The notes below the pieces were generated by a model. It worked only from the letters and a program-made list of their open reading frames with translations. It did no database searches and was not told the DNA's origin. A stretch of 64,000 nt of DNA from sequence record OP079919.1; one strand, given 5' to 3'. A program made the translations under genes and the position numbers. The first letter of the stretch is position 1. Each line of letters opens with the position of its first letter. Positions 28,655 to 38,874 of the stretch are shown one piece after another.

Positions 28655-31225
28655 TTAACTTACATAAATGGAAGTTAACGATAACTGAGAGAATATCCCT
28701 GAAATGTACGCCTGAACGCCTCGTGTCCCTACGGTGTAGCGATCAATAAAACTATTCATTTGGGTCGAACTAGTTCCTGAATAGTCAGTCCCTGAAACCG
28801 ACACGGAGGTTGTTCCCGATAGAGTATTGACTGAACTGGTAATATTAGTGGCGATGGATCTCGCCAAAATACCACTTCCGGGATAGTCAATTTTAAAAAC
28901 ATCAAAAAAGGTATTACCGGATTGCAAATGGGTGGCCTGCAGACAATTTCCTTTGGCCACATACAAAGCGCCGGACCAACTGCTATTATTTACTCCGGTA
29001 TTCCAGATCATCAGAGAAGAAATTGGTGTACCTGAGTTATTATAATAGGAGCAGTCACTTAACCGGAACCATTGGGCTAAATTCAAATTAGATGATGTGA
29101 CCGAACTTAACGAGTAGTCGCCGGAAAAACTTACCCCTGACGCTTTCAGTCTGTGAAGGAACGCCGAATCGGCGGTCGTTAAAGGCAAATTAGTCCCTGA
29201 TTTGACACTCCCTCCCCTCATGTTAATTTCTACACGTTGATTGGCTTCCTGGGTGCCGTCGTTGGTAATGAACCTTGATAACTCACAGTCGTTGAAATTA
29301 TAGGACCCCCTTTGTGAGATTCTCACTAGGGTGGGGGTGCCGTTGTAATTGGGGTTGTGTAATCTCCTAGCGTCGAGCCTGATATTGTGTTGAAATCCGT
29401 AAGATGGACGTTTGATAATTAAATTATCCACCCCTACGTTGTTCATACTGACTTTCATGTCGATAGGTTCGAACATAGTGTCGGTCGATGCAGAAGTATT
29501 GCTTGCCCTGGGCTTCGTGTTGGTGAAATCAATTTTTAACGTCCCGCCGGCGGCGTAGGTAACGTTGTCAAATCGAATATTCATAGGAGGAGTAACCGTT
29601 CCGTCGCGGTTTATCCAATAAATATTTTGAAGGCAACTAGAAGCTTCCGGAGTCTCAATAGTCAAGCCATCAATATCTATTTTATTAAATAGCTCACCGG
29701 CCATCTGAGACCCAGTAGGTAAAGAAGTGTAATTATCGGCGGCTCCCTGTACAATGGACCCTTCTCCATTGGACGCTAAACTGTAATATTTCCAAAATCC
29801 TCTGACCCTGACGTTACGCATAATCAGCGTCCCATCGGTGATTCCTCCGGAAGTAGTCCTGGCCTGCACAAGTGAAGGGAAAAGAAATTTTCCGTAGTAA
29901 GGGTCTCCGGATCCTCTCCCCAGTTCGTATACTGTGTCAAGTATCTCGAGAGTTGAGTTTTTAGTACCTAAGAAAACAGCAGCTCCGTCACCAATCTTGC
30001 AGTTTACAAGTTTGTAATATCCGATGCTTGGGTTATGGCTATCGAAGTTGTTGGCCGAGCAATTATCAAAAATGGTATCGGCTATCCAACCGGCCGCGGA
30101 TATCGACCCCCATCCGTAGCCAAACGCGTTTACGTTTCTTACGTATAACTTCGCCCCCCACCCATGGTGGAGTGTGTAAGATGCATAAGTGGTCGTTTGA
30201 TCCGAGGAAGAAAAGGAAGCGGTTGGGTGAGCGTCGTAGATGAAATCCACGTAGGTGTTGTAGTAATACTGAATGTCGATAACGTGACGTGATCCTATTT
30301 CCGTAATCGGTTTATTGAGTATTCTCCCCTCTTTTATGATCAAGTTGGACACATAAAAGAACTGGAAGAATATAGGTCTAGGCCCATAACGATAGTCGAC
30401 GTCCGGCATAATAAATTCACTGAAACCAGCCTGGATAGGTAGCGCCGATATGCTAGTAATCGACGTCCCGTTGTAAGGGAAGACGTTATCCATTTTGCCG
30501 TTAGCACTTATCCTGGTTACGTGAGCGAGTTTCTGAGTTTTTGCGCCAGCTTGGGTTTGTGTGCTATTATAAACATATAGGTCGTCTGAAAAATTCATAA
30601 TGACCATGCTGTCGTTTAAAGTCGTGTCCGATCCCAACGAATCTAAACAACCGTTTCCGCTTAAGAAGTCTGTGGAGGCATTAGTATTTAACTTAGTTAC
30701 CACGGAAGATCCGGAGGCATGGTTAACTAATCCGCTCGATTGAGAGATCCAGAAAGTCCCGGTAAAATCAGCCGCCGGAATAATTTTCATTCCCCCTAAA
30801 TCGGTCTTCTTATTATCGATGATCCAGTTAAACTTGGCGTTACCGGAAATCAAGTACTCACCAGATTTTTGTTTTATAGGAATGCCCGTCAATGTCGACA
30901 ATTGAATAAGGGCTAAAAGTTTGTCGGTGACGTCAACATCCCCCGTGTTCTCTATACCAAACATGTCACAGGAAAGAAATGTTTGAAGGTTAGAGACTTT
31001 ACCTCCATAAGGAAGATTTATAATTGACGACCCGTCCCCTCCGGTTAAAACATTCAGGGTTTCCTGGACGGCCGCCGCTACCCCCTTAGCGGTCAATCTC
31101 TGGTTACCAAAACGATCAGTATAGGTATTCTCATCGGAATTAATGATCTCATCTAACTTTTCGGCATTAAATCTAACATCTATAGCGGTGCTACTGGGTA
31201 TACCATTTTGTGTTGGAGTCGTCAT
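28655..31225 (-). CDS. Tailspike/depolymerase TSP9 (inverted, solitary)
   Basis: Anchor MTTPTQNGIPSS..D.RFNAEKLDEIINSD..YTDRFG.QRLT; beta-rich 856 aa; GGAGGGAG SD. Confidence 0.85.
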   Translation of the reverse strand: MTTPTQNGIPSSTAIDVRFNAEKLDEIINSDENTYTDRFGNQRLTAKGVAAAVQETLNVLTGGDGSSIINLPYGGKVSNLQTFLSCDMFGIENTGDVDVTDKLLALIQLSTLTGIPIKQKSGEYLISGNAKFNWIIDNKKTDLGGMKIIPAADFTGTFWISQSSGLVNHASGSSVVTKLNTNASTDFLSGNGCLDSLGSDTTLNDSMVIMNFSDDLYVYNSTQTQAGAKTQKLAHVTRISANGKMDNVFPYNGTSITSISALPIQAGFSEFIMPDVDYRYGPRPIFFQFFYVSNLIIKEGRILNKPITEIGSRHVIDIQYYYNTYVDFIYDAHPTASFSSSDQTTTYASYTLHHGWGAKLYVRNVNAFGYGWGSISAAGWIADTIFDNCSANNFDSHNPSIGYYKLVNCKIGDGAAVFLGTKNSTLEILDTVYELGRGSGDPYYGKFLFPSLVQARTTSGGITDGTLIMRNVRVRGFWKYYSLASNGEGSIVQGAADNYTSLPTGSQMAGELFNKIDIDGLTIETPEASSCLQNIYWINRDGTVTPPMNIRFDNVTYAAGGTLKIDFTNTKPRASNTSASTDTMFEPIDMKVSMNNVGVDNLIIKRPSYGFQHNIRLDARRLHNPNYNGTPTLVRISQRGSYNFNDCELSRFITNDGTQEANQRVEINMRGGSVKSGTNLPLTTADSAFLHRLKASGVSFSGDYSLSSVTSSNLNLAQWFRLSDCSYYNNSGTPISSLMIWNTGVNNSSWSGALYVAKGNCLQATHLQSGNTFFDVFKIDYPGSGILARSIATNITSSVNTLSGTTSVSVSGTDYSGTSSTQMNSFIDRYTVGTRGVQAYISGIFSQLSLTSIYVS

Positions 31226-31293
31226 CTCTCCCTCCGACTATAAAAATTAACGGCCACACATATTACTATGCATGACTCCTAATGAACTTGGGT

Positions 31294-31301
31294 CATAAAA
31301 T
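31294..31301 (-). promoter_or_regulatory. Candidate late promoter motif before TSP9
   Basis: CATAAAAT on plus strand = ATTTTATG on minus strand. Confidence 0.4.
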
Positions 31302-31338
31302 TCAACATGATATTAATCTACATTATTGAGGTTTTATT

Positions 31339-31614
31339 ATGAAATTTACTTCTGCTGTTGCAAAACTCAAACCCGGTTACGGGATTCAGTGCACCGATTG
31401 GAATGGTGCTAATCAATTTGTTTTTGATGCCTCTTTGACCATGTCTCTCGTTGAAGCACGCAAACAGGGATTCCCGGGCCCGGTTAAACTGAAGCCGGTT
31501 TACGTGTTGCATAACGCTAAAGGTGAGCTGCAACCTGGTTGGGTGCCGTCCCAGGGCGATCTTCGCAACGAGAACTGGATCGTTGTCAAAATCAAAGACG
31601 CGTTGGCGAAATGA
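31339..31614 (+). CDS. DUF2829 / Tad2-like protein
   Basis: F..AV..LK.G......WNG..QFV...WVPSQGDL..ENW matches the SPO1 Tad2/DUF2829 pattern as recalled. Confidence 0.75.
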   Translation: MKFTSAVAKLKPGYGIQCTDWNGANQFVFDASLTMSLVEARKQGFPGPVKLKPVYVLHNAKGELQPGWVPSQGDLRNENWIVVKIKDALAK

Positions 31615-31937
31615 ACTACCATCTCTTCTTCGTCGTAGGATTGACGGTTTGTTTGATCGTTTTTAGTGTCTTTGACGATTACTACACGAAAAGAGCGATT
31701 GGGCTTAAAGGTTACGTTCCTTTCTGGGTCGTCGCCGTAATTCCAGGAAAATCCAAACTTAGTCTTAAACTGATTAAGTTTAAGATGACGTGTTATGTTT
31801 TAGTTTGGATTGCGTGGCTGGTCATTTTATCATCTCCGTTACCTTTTCTTGTTGCGTTGATGATGACGATCTTGGGATTGCTCAGTTGCATCATGTTAGG
31901 ATCGTTGCTTCACAACATCGCTCAATCTAAAAAATAA
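31611..31937 (+). CDS. Multi-pass membrane protein
   Basis: ATGA-coupled start at 31611; 3-4 hydrophobic helices. Confidence 0.7.
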   Translation: MNYHLFFVVGLTVCLIVFSVFDDYYTKRAIGLKGYVPFWVVAVIPGKSKLSLKLIKFKMTCYVLVWIAWLVILSSPLPFLVALMMTILGLLSCIMLGSLLHNIAQSKK

Positions 31938-31940
31938 ATC

Positions 31941-31971
31941 TAAGTAGGAGAGGTTTCCCCTCTCCTACTTA
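31941..31971. terminator. TACTCC-family hairpin with arms swapped
   Basis: TAAGTAGGAGAGG/CCTCTCCTACTTA, 5-nt loop. Confidence 0.7.
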
Positions 31972-31988
31972 ATAAAGGATAATCTTTT

Positions 31989-32912
31989 ATGCCCATCATT
32001 ATCGTTCCAGTTAGCGGTGGGGTGGAATCCACTGCTTTACTCCATAAAGCCTTACAAGGTGACAACGAAGTTCATCCTGTATACGTTGCTGTCAACGGCG
32101 ATCCCAGATCATCAGTATTTGATTTAACCGCAGCCGAACATATAGTGAATTGGTTTGAAGAACATAAAGGTGGTTACGTCGGGAGATTAAGACCCTTAAC
32201 GTATATGATCAATCCGGTTTTCTTTCATCTCCATAACAACAACAAAATAGAAAACACTCCGGCCAATTATGGAGTGACCCAACAATTTCAATTGGTTTAC
32301 AACATTAGTCTTCTTCGATCTAAATTTTGGGATTGTAATCCAGGTGTCTGGATTGGTTGGTTAAAGGAGGATGGCAATGAATTTTCTTTTAACGAATACG
32401 ATTTCTCGGCAGAGGAGTATAAGGAACTCTTAAAATTACCCGTGACGCTAGGGACGTTATCTAATATAGATAGAACGTGTAAGCCTTTTAGACCCCCCTT
32501 CTGGGAAATGACTAAATCCGATGTTTATCTAAGCCTGCCTGAAGAGCTTAAAACTTTAGTCGTTCCTAACGGTTCCGAGTATTATAACGGAGACGGTGAC
32601 TTGGTCAGAACGCCTTGGAAAGCTAAAAGGAAAGAATGGATCAATGCGAATATACCTATTAAAGACAGTTATGTGTTTTCAGCAGCTCAGATCTCCCGCA
32701 TAGGGCGATACGCCGGAAAGAAACTCTTGGGGAAAGATTTCAATCTCTCTCCTAATTACGACGCTTTAATCGAATTAGTTTATCGAGACTCTCGATGGCA
32801 CCCACTCCCCTTTACCAATAAAGACTTCTACACCATTTGTAGTGCGAATAACTTAAAAGCCATCGTCAGGGAAGCCCAACACAACATCCCTGCTATCAAA
32901 CTAATCGGTTAG
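31989..32912 (+). CDS. QueC-like PP-loop (adenine nucleotide alpha-hydrolase) protein
   Basis: IIVPVSGGVESTALL...EVHPVYV; later PF..MTKSDV; no CxxCxxC. Confidence 0.6.
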   Translation: MPIIIVPVSGGVESTALLHKALQGDNEVHPVYVAVNGDPRSSVFDLTAAEHIVNWFEEHKGGYVGRLRPLTYMINPVFFHLHNNNKIENTPANYGVTQQFQLVYNISLLRSKFWDCNPGVWIGWLKEDGNEFSFNEYDFSAEEYKELLKLPVTLGTLSNIDRTCKPFRPPFWEMTKSDVYLSLPEELKTLVVPNGSEYYNGDGDLVRTPWKAKRKEWINANIPIKDSYVFSAAQISRIGRYAGKKLLGKDFNLSPNYDALIELVYRDSRWHPLPFTNKDFYTICSANNLKAIVREAQHNIPAIKLIG

Positions 32913-32962
32913 TTGGATAGTTCATCTATTTTTAGTTCTACATTATCTTTTCGGAGTAATCA

Positions 32963-33151
32963 ATGAAATGTAATCACGATTTTGAAAAACCCACCTATGA
33001 ATTCTTAAAGAAGGAGTTGGGGTTCTTTCATTGTTTTAAACGAACGTGTAAACTATGCGGCCATGTTCACCAACAAGAAGTGAAACGTAAATCAGATGCA
33101 CCTCTCTGGGCTAAAGAAGCAGAAGAGGTATTTCACTATCACAAATTTTAG
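32963..33151 (+). CDS. Small Zn-finger-like protein
   Basis: CxH...CxxC. Confidence 0.6.
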   Translation: MKCNHDFEKPTYEFLKKELGFFHCFKRTCKLCGHVHQQEVKRKSDAPLWAKEAEEVFHYHKF

Positions 33152-33163
33152 GAGTTAACACCC

Positions 33164-33730
33164 ATGGGTTTCTTTGTTTCTGAAAATGGTCTAAAGGCAA
33201 AGGGTTTAAGGACCCCTAATTGCTCTTGGATTAAAAATGCGAATGATCGATTCTATTCAATCGATAATGGTTGGGAGCGGTATATGAAAGCTTCTACAGA
33301 AGAGATCATTAATGGGGTAAAACGCATTAACCTCAGCTCACCTGATTTTGGTATTAACGATATTTTGATTAGTTTAATCGTTAGATTCAATACCGATATT
33401 CGTTTGAGCAAAATCTTCAGGGAGGTTAACAATAACGACGTCCCTTCTTTGTTTAACGATAACGACTACGTTAAACGCTTTACCCAACGTCCTTACGTAG
33501 AAAACGGGTTATTGAAATATAACAGTTGGACGGTGGGGGTGGGACGTCTGCCAAAAATTCAGTCTTTTGATTGGAGAGTGCATGGATCTGAGGGATTTAA
33601 CGTCATAACTGTTGCCGCCCCAAAACCTAAACTAAAGGTCTGGTTTACAAGAAGCGATAAACCGGGTTACGTTAATTTTGTCGTTAAAGATCAGCCGGGA
33701 CTTAACGAATGGGAGAAAGTTTATGGGTAA
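33164..33730 (+). CDS. Hypothetical protein
   Basis: AGGAG SD. Confidence 0.75.
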   Translation: MGFFVSENGLKAKGLRTPNCSWIKNANDRFYSIDNGWERYMKASTEEIINGVKRINLSSPDFGINDILISLIVRFNTDIRLSKIFREVNNNDVPSLFNDNDYVKRFTQRPYVENGLLKYNSWTVGVGRLPKIQSFDWRVHGSEGFNVITVAAPKPKLKVWFTRSDKPGYVNFVVKDQPGLNEWEKVYG

Positions 33731-33941
33731 AGCGGATCGAATTAAAGTTAAACGGGCCGCGAAGTCATTGGCCTCGATGAAAGACGAGATGGCACGGGCG
33801 TTAGACAGGTCGTTTTTAGCCGCAATCGAAGCGTTAAAATCGGTTACGGTCCCACCCCAACCGGCTTTGGTGAAAAGGCCAGAAGTAGAGGTCCTGGAAG
33901 AGGATACGATAGTTGAGGAACGCGGTAATGACAAAACGTAA
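33723..33941 (+). CDS. Hypothetical protein
   Basis: Start moved to the ATG after GGGAG. Confidence 0.6.
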   Translation: MGKADRIKVKRAAKSLASMKDEMARALDRSFLAAIEALKSVTVPPQPALVKRPEVEVLEEDTIVEERGNDKT

Positions 33942-34233
33942 GTTACTCTCTGGTCAAGGCATGACACGATCTGAAAAGAAGATTTTCAGATATTTCGAGG
34001 GTCGCGTCTTAAAGGGCCGGCGTAAGTATATTGAAATTACTCGTGATGGAATTTTATCTCGGAAATATGACCGGTCTTTTATGCCCGAGTCGGCATTCGT
34101 CAAGATGTTGGAAAAATCCTTCGGTCACACCTTCGAAGGAAAAATAAACGAACGCTGGTCTGCGAGTTTAGCCAACTATTCTTCTCTCAACAAAAAGGTT
34201 GCTTTTCGCGGACATTTAAGAGATTCTATTTAA
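33928..34233 (+). CDS. Basic hypothetical protein
   Basis: GAGGA SD before ATG 33928. Confidence 0.65.
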   Translation: MTKRKLLSGQGMTRSEKKIFRYFEGRVLKGRRKYIEITRDGILSRKYDRSFMPESAFVKMLEKSFGHTFEGKINERWSASLANYSSLNKKVAFRGHLRDSI

Positions 34234-34259
34234 ACCTAATTACCTACGAGAAATAAAAA

Positions 34260-34763
34260 ATGAGTAAACGAGGATTATCATCCAGCCCCTATAGGAGTAG
34301 GCTCGAAAAGAAAATGCTGGATAAGAGGAGAGCCGGCCTTTTGACGGGACCTAAACTGAGAGGCCGGAAAGCCATTCAGCAGAGGATTCAAATAGATTCG
34401 TTCCTGGAAAATATCATCTCTGATGCCGAATCATGGGCGGAACGACAAAAGATGGAAGAGTGGTTAAAAAATCCGCTTTATCCCTATTGGCGTAAGGATC
34501 CCTTTGAAATAAGGAATTCGGGGATTGTTCCTCCCCCTGCGTTTTCCGGTAAAGACCACCGGATGCTTTCCGAAACACTTAAAAATCTTGTGTTGGCTAA
34601 AACTATTCCTGGTGTTTCTGTAGAGGCGCTGAATGGATCAGCCAATCGCCAGGAAAGTATTCACGAAACATTCTCTTTTTACACCCACAAAAATATTGAC
34701 CTTAGAGATTATCGCAAGGTTCATGGCCGTCCTTTAACTACTAACGGATTCCAACATGGCTAA
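34260..34763 (+). CDS. Basic hypothetical protein
   Basis: Arg/Lys-rich N-terminus. Confidence 0.7.
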   Translation: MSKRGLSSSPYRSRLEKKMLDKRRAGLLTGPKLRGRKAIQQRIQIDSFLENIISDAESWAERQKMEEWLKNPLYPYWRKDPFEIRNSGIVPPPAFSGKDHRMLSETLKNLVLAKTIPGVSVEALNGSANRQESIHETFSFYTHKNIDLRDYRKVHGRPLTTNGFQHG

Positions 34764-35304
34764 AAGTATCTGGAAACCGGGTGTTAAGATCACCCGTAAA
34801 GAAAAGAAAGCACTTCGTCGTTTAATGCCTCATCCTAATAAAGGTCGCAGACACTACCAGTGGCGGGTAGAAAACTTACGCATTAGCCACATCATGAAAA
34901 ACGTATTGAATGATGACGGTACACTGAATATCGTTCAGGTTGCTAAACGCTCGGTTCGCGTTTCGGCCAAACTCACGATGAAGAGAGAATTCGCGATATC
35001 GCGTGTCCAGGGTAAAGTAAAGGGTCCGATCTTTACAGAAGTCGATAACGCCGGTCAAAATCAAGGAGAGGTCATCGAGAGACTGAGAGCCGGATACCAA
35101 TTCACCGTGACCTCCCCAGAATTAGCGAAAACGATTAGGGAACTCCCCGCTGATATCGATCCGGTCCAATTCAAAGAAACCTGCGATAAGGTTATCGAAC
35201 AATATCTCAGTGATAACATTAAGAACGGAACCGTTAATCCAGAAATAAAAGGAGTACATCTTCGTGGCCAAGCCAGTTACCTATCGTCAGTTCCTAAAGA
35301 ATAA
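34756..35304 (+). CDS. Basic hypothetical protein
   Basis: Overlapping start; Arg/Lys-rich N-terminus. Confidence 0.7.
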   Translation: MAKSIWKPGVKITRKEKKALRRLMPHPNKGRRHYQWRVENLRISHIMKNVLNDDGTLNIVQVAKRSVRVSAKLTMKREFAISRVQGKVKGPIFTEVDNAGQNQGEVIERLRAGYQFTVTSPELAKTIRELPADIDPVQFKETCDKVIEQYLSDNIKNGTVNPEIKGVHLRGQASYLSSVPKE

Positions 35305-35518
35305 CGGCATTCCCAAGGATAAGAAAGAACCTCTTATTCCTACTACGGCGGTATTGCTACCGAAACCTGAGGTTCCTAAAGGGCTTAATTCTAGTCTGCG
35401 CAGTACTGATGGAACGGGAATAGATACCTTCGGTAATTTAGATGGGAGGTCCGGAAAGATCGAAATACTCAACGCTAAGTATGCTCATGGAGAATGGTTT
35501 ACTTGGCCTAACAAATAG
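35264..35518 (+). CDS. Hypothetical protein
   Basis: GTG start after AGGAG; fills the gap between genes. Confidence 0.6.
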   Translation: MAKPVTYRQFLKNNGIPKDKKEPLIPTTAVLLPKPEVPKGLNSSLRSTDGTGIDTFGNLDGRSGKIEILNAKYAHGEWFTWPNK

Positions 35519-35536
35519 AAAGGGTGGGACGACGTA

Positions 35537-36909
<1,373 letters not shown>

Positions 36910-36910
36910 A

Positions 36911-37354
36911 ATGGGGTTCAATATTAGAATCGCAAACGCAACGGTCGTTCAAACGGAAAACGGATATTTGTCGTTCAAAGTTCCCAGGATCGACCGAGAC
37001 GATGACGTCCCGTTTTCTTTAGGGATATGGGGATCCAATGAGATAATACCGACTTATGGATTCTGGCAAGATTTTTGTGTCGATTTAGGTATAGCCGATC
37101 TCTTTTATTACGAGCTAGAATCTAAAGGGTTGGGTTGCCACCAATATCCTGGCGTGTTGGCGATAACCGAGGAAGTGATCACTAAGCTTAAAACAGCACT
37201 GGAAGATTATCAGAAACGCTACCCGGATATTGAGATCAAAGACGAGCTAACTACTGATCTCACCAGAACGTATCTCCACGGTTTACGCTGGCTTATTTAC
37301 TGGAGCGAACGAGCTTTTAAAAGCGGTCCTCTTCCTGGAATCAGTTTGTCTTAA
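36911..37354 (+). CDS. Hypothetical protein
   Basis: ORF in operon. Confidence 0.75.
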   Translation: MGFNIRIANATVVQTENGYLSFKVPRIDRDDDVPFSLGIWGSNEIIPTYGFWQDFCVDLGIADLFYYELESKGLGCHQYPGVLAITEEVITKLKTALEDYQKRYPDIEIKDELTTDLTRTYLHGLRWLIYWSERAFKSGPLPGISLS

Positions 37355-37367
37355 AAGGCAGGTAACT

Positions 37368-37928
37368 ATGAAACAGAAATTTCATCAAGGCGATTTGGTT
37401 TTTATAAAAGAAGACCTCGGTCCATACATGTCCCATTTCGAAAGTGGGTGTCGGGCTATCGTTCAATACAGTTACAATGATCGTTACGGCGACAAAGATA
37501 AATCAAAAGAGTTTAAAAATGAGTCTGACATCAGCTATTCTCTTTGGTTGGAAGGGAGGGGAAGCGTTGCTTGGTATCAACAGGACCAACTCATTCTCAT
37601 TGAGGCGGGGAGAGGCGATCTCTTAGAACGGTGGGAAAAGGAAGAGGAAGAGAAAAAGGTTAGGGAATCCGATCTGGATTACATCTTTTCCATTAAAGAT
37701 CCGAATCAACTGGGTTATTACAGTCTGCAGGCCTTGGCTGACGTTATGGAACTGGGCTCGCTTTGGGGTTCAAGAGGAGAGGGTGTAGATTTGGTCCGTA
37801 ATCAACACTGCATGCGTATTCTCTTTAGCCGATTCGTGTCGTGTGAAAACCCCAAGGAAGAATTCTTAAAATCAGTGGCTGAATTTAAAGAGAAAGTCCG
37901 GTCCGGTCAAATCGACACACAGATTTAA
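37368..37928 (+). CDS. Hypothetical phage protein with SH3/KOW-like N-terminus
   Basis: KF..GDLV.I...YS....YG...YSL...AWY. Confidence 0.65.
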   Translation: MKQKFHQGDLVFIKEDLGPYMSHFESGCRAIVQYSYNDRYGDKDKSKEFKNESDISYSLWLEGRGSVAWYQQDQLILIEAGRGDLLERWEKEEEEKKVRESDLDYIFSIKDPNQLGYYSLQALADVMELGSLWGSRGEGVDLVRNQHCMRILFSRFVSCENPKEEFLKSVAEFKEKVRSGQIDTQI

Positions 37929-37983
37929 TCAGGTCTTTAATATCTCGTCGTAACGCTCAATAATTTTTAGGGGTATCGACATC

Positions 37984-38391
37984 ATGAAGAAAGATATTGA
38001 AAAACCAAACAGCTTCCATATTACCGAGTGCTCTTTATCATCCGCCAGTTCCCTTTCTTTTAACAAAGAAGGGTTTCTGGAGAATTATACCGGGTTTAAC
38101 GAGCACATTGTTTATACCTCTGATATTGTCGGGGGATATTTAGAAAGAGAAAATGACGAATTAGGCGAAAGCTTATTCGAAGTTCTTTTTGACAGATCCC
38201 GTAGTCCATCCATCGTCTACATTACCGTTCTTAAAAAGAACACGGACGTTCTAGAACTTAACGTGACAATAAAAGATGTGAAAGACTGTTCCGCTTTAAT
38301 AGAAGCGTACGATAAAGTGATCTTGGCTTTTGATGAAACGAGAGAACATTCCCTCGCTAAAGCCTTTGACCTCGCGCTACAATACTGCTAA
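37984..38391 (+). CDS. Hypothetical protein, tandem paralog A
   Basis: IEKP..F.I....LS..SSLSF.KEGFL...ALQYC shared with next gene. Confidence 0.8.
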   Translation: MKKDIEKPNSFHITECSLSSASSLSFNKEGFLENYTGFNEHIVYTSDIVGGYLERENDELGESLFEVLFDRSRSPSIVYITVLKKNTDVLELNVTIKDVKDCSALIEAYDKVILAFDETREHSLAKAFDLALQYC

Positions 38392-38415
38392 TTTAATTTA
38401 TCTTTAGGAAAAATC

Positions 38416-38850
38416 ATGGAAAATCAAATCGAAAAACCGGATTGCTTTTATATTGCTAAAGGTCATTTGTCCGGATGCAGTTCTTTGTCTTTCGACAAAG
38501 AGGGGTTCTTAAGTAATAATGAAGTCGACGAATCGCTGATTGAAAACCTGGTCGGCGGTTATCTTGAAATAGAAGATCACGAAGACGGACTTAGTTATTT
38601 TGAAGCATTGGTGACCGTCTCGGAAGAACGAATTGGAAGTGGATTTAAAACCCATACGGTGAAACGCCACACACTCCATATCGAAGCCGTCAATGACGAA
38701 TCCGACACCCTGAAATTCACCATCGACAACGTTGATACGAAAGACTTCGACGCGCTAATCGAACGTTACAACGGTGTGATCTCCGCCTTTGATGAGAATC
38801 GTCAACATTCCTTGTACTCGGCCTTTGCAACGGCTTTACAATACTGCTAA
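38416..38850 (+). CDS. Hypothetical protein, tandem paralog B
   Basis: Same N- and C-terminal motifs as 37984. Confidence 0.8.
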   Translation: MENQIEKPDCFYIAKGHLSGCSSLSFDKEGFLSNNEVDESLIENLVGGYLEIEDHEDGLSYFEALVTVSEERIGSGFKTHTVKRHTLHIEAVNDESDTLKFTIDNVDTKDFDALIERYNGVISAFDENRQHSLYSAFATALQYC

Positions 38851-38874
38851 TCAACACCACTTTTAGGAAAAATC

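Noticed and set aside
28615-31338. TSP9 as an invertible segment
   Set aside because: No matching inverted repeats found at both ends and no invertase nearby
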